Of a DNA stretch of 64,000 nt, positions 44,236 through 52,408 are shown one piece after another. The stretch comes from Candidatus Zymogenaceae bacterium (GTDB lineage: Bacteria > Desulfobacterota > Zymogenia > Zymogenales > Zymogenaceae), in assembly GCA_016933535.1 (NCBI GenBank), contig JAFGAS010000077.1, positions 1,540 through 65,539 of the forward strand. Direction: 5' to 3'. The position numbers and the translations under genes were made by a program. Below the pieces are notes generated by a model. It was given only the letters and a program-made list of their open reading frames with translations. It did no database searches and was not told the origin of the DNA. How positions within the stretch are numbered: the stretch's first letter is position 1; the number at the start of each line of letters is the position of its first letter.

Positions 44236-45630
44236 ATGAGGATTACCGGACGTGAAACCGGGAAGGGATCGGCTAACCTGCCCGTCTATGTCGTTCTCGG
44301 CCTCATGATCCTCTTTATCACGTTACTGGCCTTCCTGGTCTCCGGCGGCATGCAGCTCAAAATGGTGATCCTGATCCTCGGGATCATCGCCACGGCCATC
44401 TGCTTCTTCAATACAGAGATGGCCCTCTATCTCATTATCTTTGCAATGCTGTTTTCTCCGGAGTTTTCCTTCGGCGGCGAGATTGCCGAAGGGAGAAGTC
44501 TCGTCCTCCGGGTCGAGGACATTATAATTCTGGTGACCTTCTTTTCCTGGGTCCTCAAAACGGCCCTCTACGAAGGCGTGGGCCTTATTATCAGGACTCC
44601 CCTCAACCGCCCCATAAAGATCTACGTCCTTGTTTCATTAGTAACCACCCTTCTGGGGACGATTTTTGGAAAGGTCAACCTTGCCTCCGGACTCCTGTAC
44701 GTCTTCAAGTATATGGAATATTTCCTGGTCTTCTTTATGTTCGCCAACAATATTACGGATCGGGATCAAGTCAGGAGGTTCGTCATTGCCGCCCTTATCG
44801 TGGCCCTGTTCACGGCACTATACGCCTTCATACAGATACCCCTGGGAGCCAGAGTTACCGCCCCCTTCGAGGGTCAAAACGGCGAACCCAATACACTGGG
44901 CGGCTATCTGATATTGATCATCTCCGTGCTCGCCGGGCTCTGGACGGTCTATCAGGATAAACGGCTGAGGCTCATCTTGGTCTGCTTTATCGGCCTTCTA
45001 TTCGTCCCCTTTCTCTTTACGCTTTCCCGCAGTTCGTATCTTGCCGCAATCCCGATGTTCATCACCCTATTTATCTTCAGCGACAAGAAGCTCCTCCTGT
45101 CGTTTCTTCTGTTCGTGTTTATCCTGGCAACCCCGTTCCTCCTGCCGGAAAAGGTTAAAGGCCGGATCAACGAAACCTTCATCCCGGACCCGGGCTTCGA
45201 CAAGACCGAGGTGATCGGCGATGTCGGCTTCGACAGCTCCACTTCGGAGCGAATCTACTCATTCAAATACGCCATGAATAAGTGGCGGCAGCACCCGCTC
45301 TTTGGATGGGGCGTAACCGGCGTCGGGCTTATCGACAGCACCTATTTCCGTCTATTAGCCGAAATGGGGCTGTTGGGTCTTCTTTCATTTCTCTATCTCA
45401 TAGGGGTCATCGGTCTATACCTGTATGCCGCCTATCGTGAGAGTCAGGATCTGCTCGTCAAGGGCCTTGCCCTCGGGATGATCGCCGGAACCGCCGCCCT
45501 CCTCGGTCACAGCGTCGGGGCGGCCTCTTTCATCATCGTCAGAATCATGGAACCGTACTGGTTCTTCATGGCATGTGTCATTTCGCTGCGCCAACTGGAA
45601 CAGGCCGCATCGCCGGCTTATGAGCGGTGA
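44236..45630 (+). CDS. O-antigen ligase / Wzy-like polymerase family membrane protein
   Basis: ~11 hydrophobic segments, LFTLSRSSYLA motif, large loop followed by GWGVTG. Start trimmed to the ATG at 44236. Confidence 0.8.
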   Translation: MRITGRETGKGSANLPVYVVLGLMILFITLLAFLVSGGMQLKMVILILGIIATAICFFNTEMALYLIIFAMLFSPEFSFGGEIAEGRSLVLRVEDIIILVTFFSWVLKTALYEGVGLIIRTPLNRPIKIYVLVSLVTTLLGTIFGKVNLASGLLYVFKYMEYFLVFFMFANNITDRDQVRRFVIAALIVALFTALYAFIQIPLGARVTAPFEGQNGEPNTLGGYLILIISVLAGLWTVYQDKRLRLILVCFIGLLFVPFLFTLSRSSYLAAIPMFITLFIFSDKKLLLSFLLFVFILATPFLLPEKVKGRINETFIPDPGFDKTEVIGDVGFDSSTSERIYSFKYAMNKWRQHPLFGWGVTGVGLIDSTYFRLLAEMGLLGLLSFLYLIGVIGLYLYAAYRESQDLLVKGLALGMIAGTAALLGHSVGAASFIIVRIMEPYWFFMACVISLRQLEQAASPAYER

Positions 45631-46874
45631 CGCTTGTGAAACCCGCCTATTGCCTCAAGACGCCCCCCTCCTCCGGTCTGCCGGCCTCCATCCATCGCGA
45701 GGCGGCGGCTTCCGCTAACGAAAATCGTGCACAGGGGCGTCCGCCGGCGGATGCGCGCCAGATCACCGCCCGGGCCGTCCGTTTCGTGTGGGAAACGATG
45801 CTCGGGGCAAACCCGGTGACTCCCCGCGATCTGCCGGATTGGCTGCCGCCCGACCTCGTCTCGTTTGCCGCGGCCAAGGGTTCCCTTGGGCCCGTCATAA
45901 ACGCCCTGGATCGATGGGGACTTTCGGACTCCCTCGAACAAAAGGAGAAAGACAAGGCACGATTGACGCTCGCGCGGACGGCTATGGCCACAACGGCCAT
46001 GAGAGAGGAGCTCGGGCTGATACTCTCCAGGTGCGGCAAAAAGAACATCGACATAGTGCTCTTCAAGGGACACGACCTCATCACCGTCTGCTATCAGGAC
46101 GACACAATCCGTCCCACCACCGACGCCGACTTTCTCGTCCGGCGGCACGATTACCCGGCCCTAGTTAAGATTCTTTCGGACGCGGGGTATCGCCGGAATG
46201 CGGGCCCTCACTCCGGCGTCTGGTCCCGGGGGGGGTTGATTATCGACGTTCACTTCGGGTTCGTGGGGGATACCAGAAATCCGGCAAGTGCCTACCTTCC
46301 CCGCATCGAATCGGATGAGATTTTTAACGGTGCGCGTCGGCGGGAGATAAACGGTGTTGCCTATCTCTCCCCCGACCCGCGCCACAGCCTGATCATGACG
46401 GCGCTGCATGCACTTACCCACTCCTACGTCATGGATTTCTGGTTCATGGACGCCGGGGCGCTGCTCATAAAGAACGATCGGGCATCCTTTTCCCGGACGC
46501 TGGCTGACATCGCCCTCCGACACCGGCTTTCGGACGTTTTAAATTACCACCTCTGGTCAATCCGGGAGATCTTCGGGTTTCCCGGAGATATCCCCCTCCC
46601 GACGGATTATCGGCCGCCCCGGCCGATCCGGCGGCTCATCAGGACCGCCGTCAGGCGTACCGACTACCTCTTCTTCGGGGACATCCTGCTCGGATTTACC
46701 ATTGACAGCTATCGAAAAAAGTTTTATTATTTCAAAGAGATGGCGTTTCCACACCGGGATATCATCGCTCATGAGACGGGCATCGATTCCCACAGCATTA
46801 CGGGAGTCTACCGCGCGCGGTTGCTCCACCTGGCCAAATCGGTGTTTCGCGTCTTCTTTGCCGGTCGTCGATAA
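45627..46874 (+). CDS. uncharacterised nucleotidyltransferase-family (NTP_transf_5-like) protein
   Basis: IVLFKGHDL...RPTTDADFLVRRHDY...LIIDVHFGF resembles the DxD/hairpin core of that family. GTGA overlap with the upstream stop. The true start may be further downstream (M57). Confidence 0.7.
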   Translation: MTLVKPAYCLKTPPSSGLPASIHREAAASANENRAQGRPPADARQITARAVRFVWETMLGANPVTPRDLPDWLPPDLVSFAAAKGSLGPVINALDRWGLSDSLEQKEKDKARLTLARTAMATTAMREELGLILSRCGKKNIDIVLFKGHDLITVCYQDDTIRPTTDADFLVRRHDYPALVKILSDAGYRRNAGPHSGVWSRGGLIIDVHFGFVGDTRNPASAYLPRIESDEIFNGARRREINGVAYLSPDPRHSLIMTALHALTHSYVMDFWFMDAGALLIKNDRASFSRTLADIALRHRLSDVLNYHLWSIREIFGFPGDIPLPTDYRPPRPIRRLIRTAVRRTDYLFFGDILLGFTIDSYRKKFYYFKEMAFPHRDIIAHETGIDSHSITGVYRARLLHLAKSVFRVFFAGRR

Positions 46875-47491
46875 TGGTCGTCATCGACACTATAGTCTCT
46901 TTATATCTCTCTATCATACGGGGTCTCCTCGAACGGCGGATCAGCCTCTCGGAGACGAACGTCTTTCTCCTCGCCGACAAGATACTCGTATGCGAATGCG
47001 CCCGGGACGAGATCGTCCTGTTCAACATCGATAATCGGAGCGTCTACCTCCTCAACCACACGGCCGCGGCGGTCATCCGGCTTACCGACGGTGTCCGAAA
47101 CCTCGGATGGGTCGCCCGTAAAGTCGCCTGGGACTTCGATACGAAGACAAACGTCGTCGTTCGGGACATAAAAAAGATCTATCGGAAACTACTTAAAGAA
47201 GGAGTCATTGCCATGACGCCCGACTCTTCGTTCATACCCAAGATCAAGCAGGAGACCGTCATTCGCGAAGAGGACGACGGCGCTTTTATATTCGACCCGG
47301 TCACCGACGAGCTATCCGCCGTCAACGAGACGGGACTCCTGGTACTCAGGCAGATCGATGGGAAAAGGACCCTGGTCGATATCATCAACACCGTAGCATC
47401 CGAGTTTTCGGAAGTTGAGCCCGATGATATCCGCCGGGACGTAGAGGCTTTTGTCGAGGGGTTGGTAGATCGGGGGGTGATCGGTGCATGA
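46874..47491 (+). CDS. tandem PqqD-like (RiPP recognition element-like) protein
   Basis: Two repeats: VYLLNHTAAAVIRLTDGVRNLGWVARKVAWDF...IYRKLLKEGVI and LSAVNETGLLVLRQIDGKRTLVDIINTVASEF...VEAFVEGLVDRGVI. TAATG junction with the upstream gene. Confidence 0.8.
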   Translation: MVVIDTIVSLYLSIIRGLLERRISLSETNVFLLADKILVCECARDEIVLFNIDNRSVYLLNHTAAAVIRLTDGVRNLGWVARKVAWDFDTKTNVVVRDIKKIYRKLLKEGVIAMTPDSSFIPKIKQETVIREEDDGAFIFDPVTDELSAVNETGLLVLRQIDGKRTLVDIINTVASEFSEVEPDDIRRDVEAFVEGLVDRGVIGA

Positions 47492-47546
47492 GGCCCTCCC
47501 GAACAGGGGTCCTCACGGCCGATGAGTATACGAGGGGAGTACGATT

Positions 47547-48686
47547 GTGACTAAACAAAACGCGGCCCACCGGGTGGGAGATATATCTCCCACCCCCCCG
47601 AAGATACCACGGGCACCGCTGTCCGTCTTTATCTCCATCACCTCCCGGTGCAACCTGTCGTGCCGCCACTGCGCCGTCTACGGGGAGTCTCTTACCTACG
47701 GACCCGATCTCACGACCCCCCAATGGCTTTCATTTATCGATCATATCGCCCATCTTAAGGTGTTCCGGGTCAAGATCAGCGGTGGGGAGCCTTTCGTACG
47801 GGAGGATATCTTCACGATTCTGGATCATCTCTCACAAAAGCCGATCCGTTTTTCCATCAACACCAACGCCGTCCTCATCGACAAGGAGGCGGCACGCCGC
47901 CTCCAAACATACGAAGAAAGACTCTCGGATATCATGGTGAGCCTTGACGGCGGATCGGAGGAAATCCACGATGCGCTGCGGGGACCGGGCACCTACAAGG
48001 ACACGATACGGGGTCTGGGACGTCTCGTCGAGCGGATCGATCGGATCTCGGCCTACTGCACCGTGACGCGCCTAAACTTTCGACATCTGGGCGAGGTAGC
48101 CAGGCTGGCCGACGAGCTGCGGATCGGGGGCCTGAAGTTCAACGACCTCATCACCCTCGGAAGGGGCCATGACAATCGGGGAGAGCTCGATCTCTCGACC
48201 GACGAGCGCAACGAGGCCGCGGCATGCATCAATGAGCTCAAACAGACCTATCCCTTTGTCTCGGGCACTTTCTGCGAGGCAGACGAAATCTTTGACCAGA
48301 TTCGTTCGTCATGCGCAGAGGCCACACACGATGACCCCTTGAACATAAACTACCTCTCCGGATGCGGCGCACTGAGGACCGAATGCGCCGTCCGGCCCGA
48401 CGGATACGCAACCCCCTGTGACCGCCTTACCGAGCTTGTGGCGGGAAACATCCTCGATACCGCCCTTGACACGATATGGACTCAATCGCCGGTATTCAAG
48501 GAATTTCGCCGCCGCTTCATCACCCCGATCACGAGCCTTCCTACCTGTGCCGACTGCAGGTACGCCCCGTACTGCACGGCGGGATGTGCCGCGGCGGCAT
48601 ACGCGGTTTCCGGCACGACGCTCGCCCGGGACCCGTCCTGCTGCCTCAGGCTTCGCGAAGAGGAGGCGTCTCGTGGGGGCCGATAA
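47547..48686 (+). CDS. radical SAM / SPASM-domain enzyme 1
   Basis: ITSRCNLSCRHC, ISGGEPF, C-terminal CGALRTECAVRPDGYATPCD...CADCRYAPYCTAGC. GTG start after AGGGGAG. Confidence 0.9.
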   Translation: MTKQNAAHRVGDISPTPPKIPRAPLSVFISITSRCNLSCRHCAVYGESLTYGPDLTTPQWLSFIDHIAHLKVFRVKISGGEPFVREDIFTILDHLSQKPIRFSINTNAVLIDKEAARRLQTYEERLSDIMVSLDGGSEEIHDALRGPGTYKDTIRGLGRLVERIDRISAYCTVTRLNFRHLGEVARLADELRIGGLKFNDLITLGRGHDNRGELDLSTDERNEAAACINELKQTYPFVSGTFCEADEIFDQIRSSCAEATHDDPLNINYLSGCGALRTECAVRPDGYATPCDRLTELVAGNILDTALDTIWTQSPVFKEFRRRFITPITSLPTCADCRYAPYCTAGCAAAAYAVSGTTLARDPSCCLRLREEEASRGGR

Positions 48687-49761
48687 GACACCCTCCTACC
48701 CCCTCATCCACGCATACCTCTACCTTTCCGGCGGGTGCAACCTCCGCTGCGCCCACTGCTGGATATCCCCCAGCTTTACCCCCAAACCGGAGGCCGTGCA
48801 AGACCGCCTGACCACCGGCGATGTCAAAAGGATCGCCGACGCGGCACAACCCCTAGGGCTTTCTTATGTCAAACTCACGGGGGGCGAGCCGTTTTTGAAC
48901 GAGGATATTTTCGATATCATCCAGCTGCTGGCAGGCCGTAATCTGTCGATATCGATCGAGACCAACGGCACCCTGGTCGACCGGGACGCCGCCGCCTTTC
49001 TTAAGAAGAACGGTGTTTATTCGGTCAGCGTGAGCATGGACAGTCACCGGGCGTCGTTCCATGACGCCTTCCGGGGAGTCGCGGGGGCGTTGGACGGCGT
49101 TATCGCGGGCACCGAGTCTCTCGTGGCCGAGGGACTCGACGTACAGGTCATTATGAGCCTGGTCAACGAGAACGCCGCCGATATCGAAGGACTCGTCGGC
49201 ACCGCCGCGCGGCTCGGGGCGCATTCGGTGAAAATAAATCCCGTCAATCCTATCGGAAGGGGCGGGGCGCTGATGGATCGGGGGAAGATCCTGCCGGTGG
49301 AAGAACTCGTTGCCCTCTCCGGGTGGGTGGAGACGGAGCTTCCCCGGCGGTACGGCATTGAGACGTTCTTTACCATCCCATCGGCCCTCAAGCCGATCTC
49401 CCACCTCTTTGACGGAAGAAATGCCCAGTGCCATATACTGAACATCATCGGGATCCTGGCCGGCGGTGATATCTCCATCTGCGGTATCGGTCGCGAAGAA
49501 CCCGAGCTCGTCATGGGCAATATCCGAACCGATGACCTGGCCCGGGTTTGGGAAGACAGCCCCGTGCTCAAGCATCTCCGAGACGTTGTACCGCGTCGGA
49601 TGGAAGGAATTTGCGGTCGCTGCGTGATGGCGGGGATCTGCCTCGGTTCCTGCCGGGCCGACGCCTACGTCCTCTCGGGAAGCCTCACCGCATCGCACTG
49701 GATGTGTGAGGAGGCCCACGAGAAAGGTCTTTTCCCTCAGACAAGGATAATAGAGAGATGA
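48673..49761 (+). CDS. radical SAM / SPASM-domain enzyme 2
   Basis: LSGGCNLRCAHC, LTGGEPF, C-terminal ICGIG...CGRCVMAGICLGSCRADAY. GTG at 48673 follows GAGGAGG and overlaps enzyme 1 by 14 nt; the track ORF starts far upstream inside enzyme 1. Confidence 0.85.
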   Translation: MGADKTPSYPLIHAYLYLSGGCNLRCAHCWISPSFTPKPEAVQDRLTTGDVKRIADAAQPLGLSYVKLTGGEPFLNEDIFDIIQLLAGRNLSISIETNGTLVDRDAAAFLKKNGVYSVSVSMDSHRASFHDAFRGVAGALDGVIAGTESLVAEGLDVQVIMSLVNENAADIEGLVGTAARLGAHSVKINPVNPIGRGGALMDRGKILPVEELVALSGWVETELPRRYGIETFFTIPSALKPISHLFDGRNAQCHILNIIGILAGGDISICGIGREEPELVMGNIRTDDLARVWEDSPVLKHLRDVVPRRMEGICGRCVMAGICLGSCRADAYVLSGSLTASHWMCEEAHEKGLFPQTRIIER

Positions 49762-50720
49762 TCGTCACGATCGGGGGGATATCGGCGCGCCTGACTCTCA
49801 TCGACGCCGATAAGGGCAGGCCGACAGATAGCGTCGGCCCGGTACTGAACGATCGTATCTCCCCCTTTACGGGCCGGTCAAATCGAGTCTCTCTTAACCT
49901 GACGGTAACGAGGTTCGTCAGGTCGTCCTGGTACGAGATACTGACGCCCAAGGATTTCACGCGGACGCAACACATCATACGCAGGATCCGGGAGAGGTTC
50001 CCCTTCACCCCGATACTATTTGGTAAAACAAATAGTCACAAGCCGCCGACGAAGGCCGGTGATATATCCCTGCCCCTCCTGGCCGCTTTTGACAGCAGAC
50101 ACGTCTCGGTCATCGCACACCCCGGTTTTCTCGTAACGGTGGACCACCGGGTCGGGAACGCCGACGCCCTCGTGAGGATCGACGATGATCGGGATTGGGA
50201 AACGTCTCTGATACCCGTGTTTCAGGGCGTGCTGGCCCTGTGCGCTCCGGATCACGGCGCCCTTATGCTCCACGCCGCATCACTGGTCCTGGCAGGTAAA
50301 GGCTATCTCTTCATCGGAAATTCCGGTGCGGGCAAGAGCACAATCGCAGCCTCGGTCGATCCCTCGCTGGTTCTCTCCGACGACGGGTCCTGGTGTTCGC
50401 AAAATGACGGGGACTTTTCCCTCTTCCCGACCCCCTTTTCCCAAATCGACCCAATACCGAATCCCGGAGGCCCGGTCCCCATCGAGCGCGTCCTCTTTCT
50501 CGAAAAGGGCACCCAAAATCGGATCGTCGATCTGTCGCCGGGCCGAGCAATGACGATGCTGCTTTCCAATCATATCCATTTCTTTCGGTTCATGGCTCAC
50601 GAACCGGCGGCACGGGCCTTCGGCCTTGTCGAAGGGCTCTGCCGGAGGCATCCGGCCTCGACCCTTGTTTTTACCCCCGATTTTAACCCCAAACCCTTTT
50701 TTCAGGAGAACAGCCGATGA
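49758..50720 (+). CDS. HPr-kinase-C-terminal-like P-loop protein
   Basis: HAASLVLAGKGYLFIGNSGAGKSTIAA mirrors the HprK H..V...G.G.LI.G.SG.GKS core. ATGA overlap with enzyme 2. Confidence 0.75.
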   Translation: MIVTIGGISARLTLIDADKGRPTDSVGPVLNDRISPFTGRSNRVSLNLTVTRFVRSSWYEILTPKDFTRTQHIIRRIRERFPFTPILFGKTNSHKPPTKAGDISLPLLAAFDSRHVSVIAHPGFLVTVDHRVGNADALVRIDDDRDWETSLIPVFQGVLALCAPDHGALMLHAASLVLAGKGYLFIGNSGAGKSTIAASVDPSLVLSDDGSWCSQNDGDFSLFPTPFSQIDPIPNPGGPVPIERVLFLEKGTQNRIVDLSPGRAMTMLLSNHIHFFRFMAHEPAARAFGLVEGLCRRHPASTLVFTPDFNPKPFFQENSR

Positions 50721-50920
50721 AAGGAAACAGGCCGTTTGAGCCCCGGGCGATCATCGACCTGCAGGTGGACCATACCCGGGCGGTGGGCGCTTCACGGTGC
50801 GTGGGGGGGGACAGGCCATCGGACAAAGCCCGGCGGGTGCCCGGCCGACCGTTGTATGCGCACGGGGTCTTTTGGCAGGGCCGTAAGCTGCCGGGATGGG
50901 GCCAGCGCCAAGAACCGTAA
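50717..50920 (+). CDS. candidate 67-aa ORF (uncertain; possible small protein or precursor)
   Basis: ATGA overlap with the stop of 49758..50720 and a G/C-rich third codon position. Arg/Gly-rich with no recognisable motif, and three other ORFs overlap it. Confidence 0.25.
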   Translation: MKGNRPFEPRAIIDLQVDHTRAVGASRCVGGDRPSDKARRVPGRPLYAHGVFWQGRKLPGWGQRQEP

Positions 50921-50982
50921 TTTCAGGAGATCGCCGCAGCATCCCCGCGTCCGACCCATTCGCACACAACGAAGAGACACCG

Positions 50983-51411
50983 ATGGACTATAGACGCATC
51001 AAATTTCGGGGATACAGCATGTATCCCGCCCTCCGTCCGGGCGACACCCTCGTTCTGAAGGCCGTGGAAGCGCACAATCTGCGTCCGGGCGATATTATCT
51101 GTGTTCCGGAAAAAGGACACTATGTATCGCATCGAATCGTCGGTATTTCAACCACGCCCGACGGCGTTTTTCTCACAACCAAGGGTGACAACCTCCCGGC
51201 CCCCGATGCGACCCGTCGACTTTCGTCGGGAGACACCTACAGGCTTTTCTTGATCAATCGACCGAACCGGGGTATTATTCGACCCCGATTCGGTCGCCTT
51301 ACCGCGCTCCTTTCAACGAGAAATCTCACCTACGGGATCATCAAGGGGAGGATGGGAATAATCGTCCGGCGGGCCTTATCGTCTGTGCGTTTCCGCACTC
51401 CGCCTTGCTGA
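50983..51411 (+). CDS. type I signal peptidase, S26 family, SipW/archaeal-like
   Basis: FRGYSMYPALRPGD (Ser nucleophile box), HRIVG, and TTKGDNLPAPD (KGDN box). ATG at 50983 follows GAAGAG. Confidence 0.75.
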   Translation: MDYRRIKFRGYSMYPALRPGDTLVLKAVEAHNLRPGDIICVPEKGHYVSHRIVGISTTPDGVFLTTKGDNLPAPDATRRLSSGDTYRLFLINRPNRGIIRPRFGRLTALLSTRNLTYGIIKGRMGIIVRRALSSVRFRTPPC

Positions 51412-51517
51412 GCAGCTACACCAATGCCGTTCTGCCGTTCCTAATCGTATCATCGGCAGTATCATGGAAAGCGCACGAAATCTCTTTTCTCGAAGATATG
51501 ACCGCTGTGCCGACCGA

Positions 51518-52279
51518 CTATAGGCCGCCGATCGGTATGACCATCAGGTCCTCGGCCACGGTAATCTTTCCCGAAAAACAGGCGCCGACGGCCAATACGA
51601 TATCCACGTCTTCCATCGGGGGGTAGAGGTGGGTCAGGACAACGTGCCGGACGCCGGCGTCCCGGGCGAGACTCCCTGCCTCGGACGGCGTCAGGTGCCC
51701 CGCCACCTTCATGTCGTCCGGAAATGAGCACTCCAACAGCAGCAGGTCCGCTGCCCGTGCCAGCGCCACGAGGTCGTCGGAGAGGTCGGTGTCTCCCGAG
51801 TAGACAAACGAGGCGCCGCCGTCCTCAAATCGCATCGCGATGCTCTCGGGGTTGTGGTTTACCGGCGCGGTCGCCACTGAAAAGTCGCCCAGGTCGATAG
51901 ATTCCCCGGTTGCCTCCCGAATATCAAGACGGTAGGCCTCCGGGACGATCCAGCCGCCAAAGACCTCGATGAGTCCGGCGTAGAGCTCACCGAATCCGCC
52001 GGGCGCCACGACGGTCAGGTCCCGGGTTCGGCAGCTTCCCACGGCATATTTTGAGGCAAACACCAGCGGCACGAAATCGGCGATGTGGTCGGGGTGAAAG
52101 TGGGAGATGCAGATGACGTCGATATCCGAGATACCGGCGCCCGCCTCGACCATACGCCGGAGCGTTCCCGGCCCAAGGTCTATGAGGACGGTCTTCCCCC
52201 CGATCCTCAGGATATGGGCAGGCGACCAGCGTGTCAGAGAGGGAACGATCGTTCCCGAGCCGAGAATAGTAAGCTCCAT
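51518..52279 (-). CDS. MBL-fold metallo-hydrolase (RNase Z/PhnP-like)
   Basis: LTILGSG...LIDLGPG...CISHFHPDHIADF. Confidence 0.85.
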   Translation of the reverse strand: MELTILGSGTIVPSLTRWSPAHILRIGGKTVLIDLGPGTLRRMVEAGAGISDIDVICISHFHPDHIADFVPLVFASKYAVGSCRTRDLTVVAPGGFGELYAGLIEVFGGWIVPEAYRLDIREATGESIDLGDFSVATAPVNHNPESIAMRFEDGGASFVYSGDTDLSDDLVALARAADLLLLECSFPDDMKVAGHLTPSEAGSLARDAGVRHVVLTHLYPPMEDVDIVLAVGACFSGKITVAEDLMVIPIGGL

Positions 52280-52285
52280 ACCCCC

Positions 52286-52313
52286 ATTTTAGGATCGATG
52301 GGCGATAAGTCAA
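52286..52313 (-). promoter_or_regulatory. sigma-70-like promoter candidate ending 6 nt before the MBL start codon
   Basis: Minus strand reads TTGACT, 16 nt, TAAAAT, then GGGGGT-ATG. A T6 tract lies just upstream. Confidence 0.35.
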
Positions 52314-52408
52314 CAAAAAAGCGCCGCCGGATATGCAGCGGAAGACGGCTGAATTCGCTGTCGGCCGCAAGCCTCAGCGGAACACCGTTTCGGCCCTCCC
52401 GCGGATTG

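Noticed and set aside
47522-47554. 10-codon ORF (MSIRGEYDCD) between the PqqD and rSAM genes as a possible precursor peptide
   Set aside because: It is too short to carry an RRE-binding leader, it overlaps the RBS and start of the rSAM gene, and nothing else supports it.
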